From NCBI GenBank assembly GCA_964346435.1, contig CAYFUV010000010.1:1-63786 (forward strand): 63,786 bases of DNA. Direction: 5' to 3'. A model generated the notes under the pieces. That model did no database searches, was not told the DNA's origin, and was given only the letters and a program-made list of their open reading frames with translations. This stretch comes from an uncultured Candidatus Bathyarchaeia archaeon (lineage in GTDB: Archaea > Thermoproteota > Bathyarchaeia > 40CM-2-53-6 > RBG-13-38-9). Positions 1-9,217 of this stretch are shown one piece after another. Position 1 is the stretch's first letter. Every line of letters begins with the position of its first letter. The position numbers were made by a program, and so were the translations under genes.

Positions 1-1274
1 AGTCTCTTTGCTGCTGCTCTACTCAAGTTTCTCCCCGCGCCGTGAGCTGTTGAGCTAAAGCTTACTTCCATTGCTTTTTCGGTTCCGACGAGAACCCATG
101 AAGCCTGTCCCATACTTCCTGGAATGAGTACCGGTTGTCCAAAATGACGGTATTGTACTGGAACATCTTTATGTTCGGGAGGAAATGCTCTGGTAGCGCC
201 CTTTCTATGAACATATACCTTGTTACTTTTTTCATTTGTTTTATGTTCTTCAATCTTAGCTATATTGTGGGCCACATCATAAATTAAATGAAGATCTAAG
301 CTATCGGCTGGTCTTTGAAATGCCTTTTCAAAAGCTTCTCTCGTCCAATGGGTTATCATCTGTCTATTAGACCAAGCATAATTACAAGCAGATGACATTG
401 CTGCTAAATAATCCTCAGCCTCAGAGCTCTTTCCAGGAGCGCAAGCCAGCTCACGATCAGGCAGTTTTATTTTATATTTATGTACAGCCCTTTCCATAAC
501 CCTGAGATAATCGCTGCATACTTGATGGCCTAAACCTCTGCTTCCTGTATGAATTAGAACTAGAACCTGCCCAATCCTTTCAATTCCAAAACATTTAGCT
601 GCGCTCTCATTTATGATTTGGTCTACCTTTTCTATCTCAAGAAAATGATTGCCGCTTCCAAGACTACCTAATTGAGGCGATCCCCTTTTCTTTGCTATAG
701 GAGAAACCTTTGAGGGATCTGCTATCTCCATGCAACCTCTTTCCTCACATGCTTCAATGTCTTCAGCCCATCCATATCCCCGGTCTACCGCCCATTCTAC
801 TCCATCTGAGAGAACTTTATTGAGCTCTGTTGTACTTACTTTTATTCGACCACGACTTCCTAATCCAGAAGGGATATAGTTAAATAACGTATCGATAATT
901 TTCGGAAGTACGGGCCTTATATCATCTTCATCCAGATTTGTTTTAAGAAGTCTGACACCACAATTGATATCATAACCAACGCCCCCAGGACTTACCACCC
1001 CTTCCTCATAGTCCGTTGCTCCAACCCCTCCTATTGGAAAGCCATAACCTTCGTGTCCGTCAGGCAATGTCAGGGAAAATTTGTAAATTCCTGGAAGATG
1101 TGCAACGTTGGTGCATTGTTCTAGCGTCCGGTCACCCTTTATTTTTTCTAATAACACTTCATCCGCGTAGATCCTTCCAGGAACGCGCATATTGGGATTA
1201 AATGATGATGGAATTTCCCATACATATTTGTCGATACGGTTTAGAGGAATATCCCTCTTAGTACTGGAGCTCAT
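1..1274 (-). CDS. rtcB: RNA-splicing ligase RtcB (tRNA 3'-P/5'-OH ligase); C-terminus runs off the window
   Basis: Missing from the ORF track because there is no stop inside the window. My translation from the ATG at 1274 reads MSSSTKRDIPLNRIDKYVWEIP...PDGHEGYGFPIGGV...GVGYDINCGVR...GSGNHFLEIE...HTGSRGLGHQV...HRKGATRAF...IPGSMG...STAHGAGR, the conserved RtcB motifs. Confidence 0.9.
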   Translation of the reverse strand, partial: MSSSTKRDIPLNRIDKYVWEIPSSFNPNMRVPGRIYADEVLLEKIKGDRTLEQCTNVAHLPGIYKFSLTLPDGHEGYGFPIGGVGATDYEEGVVSPGGVGYDINCGVRLLKTNLDEDDIRPVLPKIIDTLFNYIPSGLGSRGRIKVSTTELNKVLSDGVEWAVDRGYGWAEDIEACEERGCMEIADPSKVSPIAKKRGSPQLGSLGSGNHFLEIEKVDQIINESAAKCFGIERIGQVLVLIHTGSRGLGHQVCSDYLRVMERAVHKYKIKLPDRELACAPGKSSEAEDYLAAMSSACNYAWSNRQMITHWTREAFEKAFQRPADSLDLHLIYDVAHNIAKIEEHKTNEKSNKVYVHRKGATRAFPPEHKDVPVQYRHFGQPVLIPGSMGQASWVLVGTEKAMEVSFSSTAHGAGRNLSRAAAKR

Positions 1275-1351
1275 ACCTCTCAAAAGTAACACCACGATCC
1301 TTAGTTTTATTGTCTTTATTAAACAATTAGTAAATTTAAATTCACTCTTTT

Positions 1352-1810
1352 CTAAATATCAAGAATAAATCTGGCCATAAAAAAATCATTGTGCTTAATT
1401 TCCATTTTGTGGTAAGTAATCGCTTTTACCCCAATCTTAGATGGATGTTTAGCTGGATCGAAATCCTCCCCGTATATTTTTGAACTAAGAAGGAATTCGG
1501 AACCAGATTTTCTTATCTTATCAACTTCAAATCCAGAGAAAATTTTATTCTCTACTTCAAATTTTATGAGAAATAGTTCTATCCAGTTGTATAATAGGGC
1601 GCATTCGTCTGTGGCTCTTACCTCAATATTTTCGACGAAAGACTGTTCTATTTTAGAGGCATCTGTCATAACTTCGAATAATGCCATTGCTGCATTTTCA
1701 AAGACTTCTTCCAGATTTTTTCCATATGCAGCAATATAAACATCAGCTGTGTGTTCCAGAAATTCAAAAGGTTTCCGAATGATTTTTTTCTTCTTCGACA
1801 TTTTCACCAT
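1352..1810 (-). CDS. archease (RtcB activator)
   Basis: 152 aa; FEFLEHTADVYIAAYGKNLEEVFENAAMALFEVM N-terminus and ITYHKMEI C-terminus typical of archease; directly upstream of rtcB on the same strand. Confidence 0.9.
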   Translation of the reverse strand: MVKMSKKKKIIRKPFEFLEHTADVYIAAYGKNLEEVFENAAMALFEVMTDASKIEQSFVENIEVRATDECALLYNWIELFLIKFEVENKIFSGFEVDKIRKSGSEFLLSSKIYGEDFDPAKHPSKIGVKAITYHKMEIKHNDFFMARFILDI

Positions 1811-1941
1811 TATGTTAAAGGGCTAATTATAATATAACAAAGATTAGAATCCTGATCTTATTGAGATTATAAGGTTAATCCTTACGAATTACAAATTATA
1901 AATTTTTAACACTTGATTTTGTATTAGAATAATGAGTACAA

Positions 1942-2075
1942 GCCGGGATGGCCGAGCGGACTAATCTATAAAGAAAGTTCAAAGGCGCAGAATAATTTGC
2001 GTAAGCCTTGAGATCAGAGGGCAAGATAGCCTGTGGCCCTCATGGGCCTCGTGGGTTCAAATCCCACTCCCGGCG
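1942..2075 (+). tRNA. tRNA-Ser(UGA), type II, three predicted introns, no encoded CCA
   Basis: Acceptor GCCGGGA/TCCCGGC with discriminator G. Long variable arm GGCCC-TCAT-GGGCC and T arm GTGGG-TTCAAAT-CCCAC. A cloverleaf is restored by removing about 1964-1982 (19 nt, D-loop), 1991-2004 (14 nt, anticodon stem 29/30) and 2013-2027 (15 nt, canonical 37/38). This gives anticodon arm CAGGC-CTTGAGA-GCCTG and an 86-nt mature length. Confidence 0.8.
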
Positions 2076-2189
2076 CTAGTCTCTAATTGAAGCTGGAATA
2101 TTATAAATGGACACAAGATTACCTCTAGAAGCTATTAAAATAATATGATCGCCCAAGTTTTTTTCTTTATTCTATCATATCCTAGTATT

Positions 2190-4319
2190 CTATTCTCGAT
2201 TTCTTACTCTAATTCTTGCATCCGCGACTGCACACTCATCAGCTGATGCGATAACCGGATTTAAGTCCATCTCGACAATTGGTTGTTCAAAGGATAGAAA
2301 AGACACTCTCCTAATGAGGTCAGCAAGGCTATTCAAGTTTGCCGGTGGTTGCCCCCTTATGCCTTTAAGTAACTTAGCTGCTTTTGTATTAGATATCATA
2401 CTCAGAGCCTCTTCTTTGGATAGAGGCGACAAACCATAGGAAAGATCTCGAAAGATCTCGACAAATAATCCACCTGATCCAAAAGCCACTACGGGACCAA
2501 AGTCATTATCGAGTATAGAACCTACAATTACCTCCGTGCCAGGGGGTAGTTGATTCTCTACGATAATCCCTTGTATATCTGCTCCAGGCTCCTTATCTTT
2601 TACACTTCTCATAATTCTCTCAAATGCTTTAATTGTTTCCTCGGAAGTTTTGACATCAGTAATAACTCCTCCAATATCAGATTTGTGCGTAATATCGGGA
2701 GATAATATTTTTAGGACTATTGGAAAACCTAATTTAGAGGCATGTGAAGCAGCTTCTTTGGCGGTTTTTGCGATATACTCGGAGGTTGTTTTGACTCCAT
2801 AAGCTCTCAAAACTTCTTTACTCTCAATTTCTGTAAGCATATCGCGACCTTCAGACAGGATCCTATTTATGATTTTGCTAGCTACATCTCTTTTGGCATT
2901 TATCTTTTCTGGCAAAGTCCATTTCTTACTCTGTCCAGCGTTTATTAATCCCTTGATAGCTCTTACTGCACGTCCGGATGTAGGGTAAGTTGGTACGCCT
3001 GCTTCTTCTAACTTCATTATTTGTTGCTGTGAAAATTCGCTTCCTGTGGCCCAGCTAACAATAGGTATGCCTTGAGCTTGGACATCAGCAATGATTCCTA
3101 CCACATCAGTAGATAATGGTGGATTTAGAAAAACCACGAAATTCAGAATCGCATTAATATTTGGATCTTCTGAAATAATTCGAAATGTATTTTGGTAATC
3201 CTCACTTGTAGCGCTACCAGTTAAGTCTACATATTCTCCAATTACCGCATATGGTGGTAATGATGAATGCAACTCCTTCAAGGTTTTTTTACCATAATTG
3301 CCAATAGTTAATCCCAGTTCATGGATCAAATCTGTTGCTGCTACAGAGGGTCCAGCAGCATTTGTAACGATCGTTATGGCACTTCCTTTGGCTACAGGCT
3401 GTTTTTCAATAGCTTTTGATATATCAAAAAGTTCTTCAAATGAATCTGCGATAATTATCCCAGAGTTTTCGAGGATTGATTTGCACACTTGATATGATCC
3501 AGTGATTGCTCCTGTGTGACTCCTGGCCGCTTTGGATCCTTCTACTCTACCAGCCTTATACACAATTAGATGCTTTTTTGCTGAGACTCTTCTTGCCTCA
3601 TCGATAAATTTCCTTCCATCAACTATGCTCTCTAAATGTAACGCAATGATTTTAGTTAGGGGATCTCGGGCAAGATATCGGATGATATCCACCTCATCTA
3701 CATCACATTTATTTCCGAGGCTGATGAGTCTTCTGATTCCCAACTTTGAGTTCGTAGCCCATTCAAGAAAAGTAAGCCCGAATGTTCCACTTTGCGTCAC
3801 AAATGAAACTCCCCCAGGTTCGGGTCTTCTCATGCGATCATGCGGATAGAAGAAAGTATCCAATCTAGATACGCTATCGAAAACACCGATACAGTTAGGA
3901 CCGATTATTCGCATTCCATATTTACGTACAGATGATATGAGTCTATCTTCATATGACGCTCTGTCCTCTCCCATCTCCTTGAAACCCCCAGATACGATTA
4001 TGGCATTTCTAACACCTTTATCTCCCGCTTCCTCTATTAGGTTCGGAAGTATATTGGATGGAGCAACATATACTGCCAAATCAATTTTATCAGGGACTTT
4101 ACTTACTGAAGGATAACATTTCAAACCAAGTATATTTTCTGCCTTTGGGTTGATGGGATACGCCTTCCCTTTGAATTCATATTGAGACACGTTTCTAACT
4201 AGCTCATGCCCAATCTTACCCGGTTTTGAAGAGGCGCCCACTACGGCGACACTTTTTGGAGAGAAAAAATTATCTAAAGGATCCATCTGCTTATCATTCT
4301 TCATATTTAATTGCCTCAA
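2190..4319 (-). CDS. acd: ADP-forming acetyl-CoA synthetase (NDP-forming acyl-CoA synthetase), fused alpha-beta
   Basis: 709 aa; CoA-binding N-terminus SVAVVGASSKPGKIG, GPNCIGV, phosphohistidine loop ARSHTGAITGS, C-terminal ATP-grasp segment LKILSPDITHKSDIGGV. Confidence 0.9.
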   Translation of the reverse strand: MRQLNMKNDKQMDPLDNFFSPKSVAVVGASSKPGKIGHELVRNVSQYEFKGKAYPINPKAENILGLKCYPSVSKVPDKIDLAVYVAPSNILPNLIEEAGDKGVRNAIIVSGGFKEMGEDRASYEDRLISSVRKYGMRIIGPNCIGVFDSVSRLDTFFYPHDRMRRPEPGGVSFVTQSGTFGLTFLEWATNSKLGIRRLISLGNKCDVDEVDIIRYLARDPLTKIIALHLESIVDGRKFIDEARRVSAKKHLIVYKAGRVEGSKAARSHTGAITGSYQVCKSILENSGIIIADSFEELFDISKAIEKQPVAKGSAITIVTNAAGPSVAATDLIHELGLTIGNYGKKTLKELHSSLPPYAVIGEYVDLTGSATSEDYQNTFRIISEDPNINAILNFVVFLNPPLSTDVVGIIADVQAQGIPIVSWATGSEFSQQQIMKLEEAGVPTYPTSGRAVRAIKGLINAGQSKKWTLPEKINAKRDVASKIINRILSEGRDMLTEIESKEVLRAYGVKTTSEYIAKTAKEAASHASKLGFPIVLKILSPDITHKSDIGGVITDVKTSEETIKAFERIMRSVKDKEPGADIQGIIVENQLPPGTEVIVGSILDNDFGPVVAFGSGGLFVEIFRDLSYGLSPLSKEEALSMISNTKAAKLLKGIRGQPPANLNSLADLIRRVSFLSFEQPIVEMDLNPVIASADECAVADARIRVRNRE

Positions 4320-4509
4320 TTGATTATCAAATGTACTTTTACTTCCAAGGACAAATTTACATTATCTAAAAATACCTTAAAGTTTATGGCTACATAATGA
4401 TTTGATTAATCTTTAAACTGATTTTCAAATTTGTTCTCTTATAGAACTCGAATACCTGCGTCTAGTAATTTTTGCTTGTCAAATAATTATTTTAAAGGAA
4501 AAAATAACT

Positions 4510-5346
4510 CTAACCAAAAAGTCCCCCATCATGCGCACGCTTGAATAAGTCAGCCAATTTTGAACCACATAGATCACAATAAATAGCCTTTGGTAACAAT
4601 TCCCTCCCACATACAGGACAAACACGAAAATAGGGTTTTTCAAAATCCCTTAATTTTCTGGTGGATGGGATTCTCCTCTTAGTGCGAATGCGACCCTCAA
4701 GTTTCAATTCCTTTCCTTTCTTTTGAGTTATTGCCTTATCTTCTTTTTTGAATGAAATTGCTTGTTCAATGAAACTCTTTGCGAGCTTCATATCTCCTTT
4801 ATTAATCGCCTTTATTGCACTTTCTAAGATTCTTTCGAATGAATCATCATAAGGATTTTGGTAATGTGCTATCGCTTCTTTTTCATCTTCACCAATTTTT
4901 GAATCACCTATTGTCTTTGAAGTATCTGATTCGATTTTGGTTTTATAATCATGGATCCATCCCATTGTTGACTTCATGTTTTCGGAGAATTCTATAGCTC
5001 CCTGATCAGTGGTTTGCATTTTGATTTTGGTGATCTGTGATTTAGTGAAAATTATTATCGCAAAAAATAGCAGTGAAAACCCTATTGGAATTCCTATTTC
5101 TTTTGGGCTAATGAAAAAGGACGAAAAAAAGGCGCATACCAATGATAATATGCCTAGAGTCATCCTCATCATACTATGTTTGCTTGAGTATTCAAAAGAA
5201 TTAATATTGGAATACGGCACATCCAGTATTTTGCCGCGTTGTATTAGAATGACTCTACTGTTTGTGGCATATATACTGGTGGAACCATCCCTCCATTTCT
5301 TAAGGATCTTTTCATTGGGAGTTAAATAATCAGAAATTTTGCCCAT
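4510..5346 (-). CDS. hypothetical membrane protein (PH-like N-terminus, 2 TM helices, C-terminal zinc ribbon)
   Basis: 278 aa ORF; hydrophobic segments LGILSLVCAFFSSFF and IPIGFSLLFFAIIIF; C-terminal CPVCGRELLPKAIYCDLCGSK. No family recognised. Confidence 0.5.
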   Translation of the reverse strand: MGKISDYLTPNEKILKKWRDGSTSIYATNSRVILIQRGKILDVPYSNINSFEYSSKHSMMRMTLGILSLVCAFFSSFFISPKEIGIPIGFSLLFFAIIIFTKSQITKIKMQTTDQGAIEFSENMKSTMGWIHDYKTKIESDTSKTIGDSKIGEDEKEAIAHYQNPYDDSFERILESAIKAINKGDMKLAKSFIEQAISFKKEDKAITQKKGKELKLEGRIRTKRRIPSTRKLRDFEKPYFRVCPVCGRELLPKAIYCDLCGSKLADLFKRAHDGGLFG

Positions 5347-5451
5347 AATAAATTAATTGAAATTTACGCTTTAATATAGTTAACATATGTTATGGCGAAC
5401 GTGGTTACATAATTTAACACTAATAATAATGCCTTAGTAAAAAATATTGAA

Positions 5452-6711
5452 ATGCTCCAAATTAGAAACAATTATTTAGATAAATTGAATATCATGATTA
5501 TTCTTGAGGTTTTTTCATTGAATAGAACTAATTTCACAATTCAATTACCCGACAAGATTGTATTTGGCGAAGGTACTGTTAAGGAAGTTCCTAAATTTGC
5601 TGGAGAATTCAAAGCCAAATCGGTACTTTTTATTACTGATCCAACGATTAGCAAGATTGGATTAAGCAATCAAATATTAAAACTTCTCAATAAGTCGGGT
5701 ATCCGAACAGAAGTTTTCGATAAGGTTGAACCTGAACCGAGCATTAAAGCCGCTGAGCAGGTAATGGAAATCACTCGGGAGTCTAGCCGCGATTTGGTCA
5801 TTGGATTTGGTGGGGGCAGCTCACTTGATATGGCTAAGATGGCTTCAATCAGTTCCACAAACCCTGAACCCATTGGAGATTTAATTGGAGTTGGAAACGT
5901 TCCAAAACCTGGTATACCAAAGATACTCATCCCAACAACTTCAGGTACTGGATCTGAAATTACTATGAATTTGATAATTTCAAATAAGAAGGAGCGGTTA
6001 AAGATGGGCATAGTCACTCCTCTCAATATTGCGGATGTAGCAATCATTGATCCATTGTTGACAGTTAGTATGCCTCCCAAAGTTACTGCTGCAACCGGAT
6101 TAGACGCATTGACACATGCTGTAGAGTCACTCATGTCAATTGATCTAAATGCTTTTAGCGAGCCCTTAGCAATTGATGCTGTTAAGCTGATATTCAGGAA
6201 TCTACCAAATGCTTTTCGTGACGGAAAAGATATTTCAGCAAGACGGAGCATGTCTTTGGCATCGATGCTTGCAGGCATGTCTCTCGGGATCTCAGGCGTT
6301 TGCGCTGGTCATGCTGCAGCTTATTCTTTCACAGTTGAAGTCCCTCATGGAGTAGGTTGCGCTATTGCACTTCCATACACAATGGAGCTTAATTCCTCAT
6401 CATGTTTTCCAAAGCTAGTTGCAATAGCAGAGGCTGCTGGCGTAAAAGAAGAAGGAGAGAGCCAAGAGAAGAATGCGTATAATGCTGTACAATCAGTAAG
6501 GCAACTAATGGAAAAAGTTGGCATTCCCCTATCTTTAAAGCAGATAGGAATAAAGGAAGAGGACATAGAGATGATGGCAAAGAATATGCTTAAAGTCACC
6601 AGATTATTGGCACATAACCCAAAAACTTTGACAGAGGATGATACAATACAACTCTTTCAAAGGATGTATGAAGGTAGACCACTCACCCTTTCTGAGTACG
6701 GAAAAAACTAG
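5452..6711 (+). CDS. iron-containing (group III) alcohol dehydrogenase
   Basis: GGGSSLDMAK motif, metal-ligand region LDALTHAVESL and GVCAGHAAAY. The true start is probably the internal Met near 5494. Confidence 0.85.
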   Translation: MLQIRNNYLDKLNIMIILEVFSLNRTNFTIQLPDKIVFGEGTVKEVPKFAGEFKAKSVLFITDPTISKIGLSNQILKLLNKSGIRTEVFDKVEPEPSIKAAEQVMEITRESSRDLVIGFGGGSSLDMAKMASISSTNPEPIGDLIGVGNVPKPGIPKILIPTTSGTGSEITMNLIISNKKERLKMGIVTPLNIADVAIIDPLLTVSMPPKVTAATGLDALTHAVESLMSIDLNAFSEPLAIDAVKLIFRNLPNAFRDGKDISARRSMSLASMLAGMSLGISGVCAGHAAAYSFTVEVPHGVGCAIALPYTMELNSSSCFPKLVAIAEAAGVKEEGESQEKNAYNAVQSVRQLMEKVGIPLSLKQIGIKEEDIEMMAKNMLKVTRLLAHNPKTLTEDDTIQLFQRMYEGRPLTLSEYGKN

Positions 6712-6833
6712 GTACTGGCTAGTTTTTATAGCTTATGTTTTAATGCTCCGTAAAAAATTTTTTATATACTTATCGCATAAAAGTTGCTACGCGCTACGCA
6801 TGAAGAGCACATACAATTTTCAATAGGTTTATT

Positions 6834-6946
6834 TGGAGCCCCGGGCGGGCTTCGAACCCGCGGCCTACGGCTATCATTAAGCCATTATACAAGGCTCGAC
6901 TGGAGAACATCCATCCGTCGCTATAACCAGGCTTAGCTACCGGGGC
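6834..6946 (-). tRNA. tRNA-Thr(UGU), two predicted introns, genomically encoded CCA
   Basis: The reverse complement reads GCCCCGG-TA-GCTA-AGCCTGGTTA-TAGC-G-ACGG[20 nt]C-CTTGTA[15 nt]A-GCCGT-AGGCC-GCGGG-TTCGAAG-CCCGC-CCGGGGC-T-CCA. Introns are at about 6895-6914 (position 30/31) and 6873-6887 (37/38). Mature length is 75 nt plus CCA, with anticodon loop CTTGTAA. Confidence 0.8.
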
Positions 6947-7079
6947 ATTTATCAAATTTAAAATTTTAAGAGCCACTATTAAACCTAATCATTGCTAAAT
7001 AAATAAAAAAGGATTTATTCGACTTTTTATCTTAGAAAGATAATAAATTATTGAGGAAATGAAAACAACTATTTTATTG

Positions 7080-7221
7080 GCCGGGGTGGCTCAGCTGTGG
7101 TTAGATGCCCATTCGTGGGCAAGTTTAAGCGCTGGACTCATAAATTCGATTTACAAGTCGTTTGAGAAATCCAGAGGTCGCGGGTTCGACAGCGTTAAGG
7201 CCGAGCATCCCGCCCCCGGCA
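7080..7221 (+). tRNA. elongator tRNA-Met(CAU) or tRNA-Ile2(CAU), three predicted introns
   Basis: Acceptor GCCGGGG/CCCCGGC with discriminator A. The D stem GCTC/GA..GC is interrupted by 7106-7128 (23 nt with its own hairpin GCCCA/TGGGC). The anticodon arm CTGGA-CTCATA[7143-7168, 26 nt]A-TCCAG is interrupted at 37/38. The T arm GCGGG-TTCGA[7190-7206, 17 nt]AT-CCCGC is interrupted in the loop. Mature length 76 nt. Confidence 0.8.
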
Positions 7222-7263
7222 TTTAATTAAAAGCTTGCTAAGGGCGAAATCATTAGTTGCACA

Positions 7264-7971
7264 TTATTCTCGTCGTATTACCTCAACTTTGTTATCTTTC
7301 TTTCCGACATAGACCTTATCAGCCATTTCTAAAAATAAACCTGTTTCAACGACTCCAGGAATCATTTTCAACCCTCTTTCTAATTTACTTGGGCTATCTA
7401 TTGATTTAAAATTAACATCCACGATCAAATTGCCATTATCAGTTATCACAGGGCCCACTTTTCCAGTAGCTTTTCTTAATTTTGGTTCTCCCCTAAGTTT
7501 CTTTACTGCTTTAAAAATGGCAGTATAGCCAAATGGAACGATCTCTACAGGCACCAGTTGATTTGATCCCAGTTTATTGGTTAATTTTCTTTCATCCACT
7601 ACTATGATGAGCTCTTTAGCATTTGAATCTACAATCTTTTCCCTTGTTAAAGCAGCGCCTCCGCCCTTGATTAGATTTAGACTATTCCGTTCTACTTGGT
7701 CAGCTCCATCTATTGCTAAATCCAATTCTTGTTCTCCTATCCAATTAATAACATGTAACCCATTATTTATGGCAAGCATCTCAATCTGGAGTGATGTTGG
7801 TACAACTTTTATGTTAATTCTATTACTCTTAACCAACTTTCCAAGCTCATGGGTTGCACAAGCCATAGTATTGCCACTTCCGAGCCCTATTGTATAGCCA
7901 TCATCAACTAGAGATATGGCCCCTAAGACAGCTGAATAGACATGCTTTTCTACGTTTATCAATATGACCAC
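7264..7971 (-). CDS. rpiA: ribose-5-phosphate isomerase A
   Basis: 235 aa; GLGSGNT, DGADQV and KGGGAALTREKIV motifs. Confidence 0.9.
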   Translation of the reverse strand: MVILINVEKHVYSAVLGAISLVDDGYTIGLGSGNTMACATHELGKLVKSNRINIKVVPTSLQIEMLAINNGLHVINWIGEQELDLAIDGADQVERNSLNLIKGGGAALTREKIVDSNAKELIIVVDERKLTNKLGSNQLVPVEIVPFGYTAIFKAVKKLRGEPKLRKATGKVGPVITDNGNLIVDVNFKSIDSPSKLERGLKMIPGVVETGLFLEMADKVYVGKKDNKVEVIRRE

Positions 7972-8105
7972 ATGAGAAATTTCCTTACTTATATGTTAAA
8001 AATTTTTTATTCGAGAGAAAAAAATTCAAAACATAGAGACTTTAAACTATTATGAAATGAAGGGTTTATGTGATTCGTATAGAAAAAAATTAAGGTGAGG
8101 TAGTT

Positions 8106-8498
8106 TTATTTTGGCTTCGCTTTTTCTTTAAGAAGAATGATTGCGCGTGCTAGATCTCCTTTGGCATCTGCAAGCGCTTTTTTAGCCTCATAAATATTTA
8201 CATTAGCCTGTTCAGCTACTAATTTTACATCATTCTCAGGAACATCAATCTCCTTAGGGCTGGAGACTTCCTCCCTTTTATTTCCCCCTATGATCTGGAA
8301 TATATTCTGTTGTTCCATGGTCAACGACATGACACTGGGCCCCTCGATGATTATGTTCCTGTCTGCAGTCTTTATAGTAACTTCTTTCACGCCCTTGATC
8401 TCTTCAGTTTCCATGCCAAGTCGTTGCATCATTCGCATAGCGTTTCTACCTTGTGGAATCCCTCTTACGGAACGGAATGCCTTGTGAGCCATAAACAT
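8106..8498 (-). CDS. nac: nascent polypeptide-associated complex protein (archaeal NAC, NAC + UBA domains)
   Basis: MRMMQRLGMETEEIKGVKEVTIKT NAC domain and a C-terminal UBA-like segment EAKKALADAKGDLARAIILL. Confidence 0.85.
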   Translation of the reverse strand: MFMAHKAFRSVRGIPQGRNAMRMMQRLGMETEEIKGVKEVTIKTADRNIIIEGPSVMSLTMEQQNIFQIIGGNKREEVSSPKEIDVPENDVKLVAEQANVNIYEAKKALADAKGDLARAIILLKEKAKPK

Positions 8499-8578
8499 TT
8501 TCCAACCTATTCAATAACAGTTATTCAATTTATTAGGATAGTCGATCCAAAATTTAAAAATAGCGCGTACAGCTTTGA

Positions 8579-9055
8579 TTATTGATCAACGCCCTTTCTA
8601 ACCTTGACCGCTATGCCTTTTTTAAAAGAAATCATTTCTTCTCCACTTAACAACGCTCGACCAACAGCAAGCAGCTCTCTCTTTCTATTAACTATAAAAG
8701 TTTCATCTTGTGGACGAATCTCAGGATCGGCATTAATTACGTACTTCGAAAAAACAGTTTTGCCTTTCTTAACAAATTTTTCCGCATCATTATTGACAAC
8801 GACTATCGATGGAAGGCTTTTTACATTTTCCAAAAGCCTCCTTGCTCCGGCTAAACTTGGACTAAGCAAGCCATCTCTTGGTCTGTAAATTGCAATCAAC
8901 TCTCCATCGTAGTAGATGTCTCTTACCCTTCCCGTTCTTTTAGAACGAGTGACTGCAATGCCTTCGGGAAAAAAACTTTCTCCTATCCTATTACCGAATT
9001 GGTAGTTTGCAAGACTCCTTAGTTTCATTAGTTCGTTCCACCTTGCTTTTTCCAT
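8579..9055 (-). CDS. PUA domain-containing protein (pre-PUA + PUA, universal archaeal family)
   Basis: 158 aa; LANYQFG N-terminus and a C-terminal PUA-like segment DETFIVNRKRELLAVGRALLSGEEM..GIAVKVRKG. Confidence 0.75.
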   Translation of the reverse strand: MEKARWNELMKLRSLANYQFGNRIGESFFPEGIAVTRSKRTGRVRDIYYDGELIAIYRPRDGLLSPSLAGARRLLENVKSLPSIVVVNNDAEKFVKKGKTVFSKYVINADPEIRPQDETFIVNRKRELLAVGRALLSGEEMISFKKGIAVKVRKGVDQ

Positions 9056-9217
9056 GCGATCACTTCTTTTATGAAAATTTATAGCTCGCTAGTTTATATG
9101 CGCTAAAGCTAATTATCAGGAGATATCTGAAAGCGCTTGCTCACAAAGAACTATTTTTAAAGTTAAAATTTAATCTAACATATTAGACTTTCTTTTGTAA
9201 TCCAGAAAAAGTGAAGG

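Noticed and set aside
62-253. 63-aa ORF on the minus strand listed in the track
   Set aside because: It is in an alternative frame inside the rtcB coding region. The RtcB frame is continuous from 1274 to the window edge and carries all conserved motifs.
6712-7263. tRNA-Thr / tRNA(CAU) pair as an integration hotspot or remnant of a mobile element
   Set aside because: No integrase, no direct repeat of a tRNA 3' half, and no foreign-looking genes adjacent. The flanking genes are Fe-ADH and rpiA.
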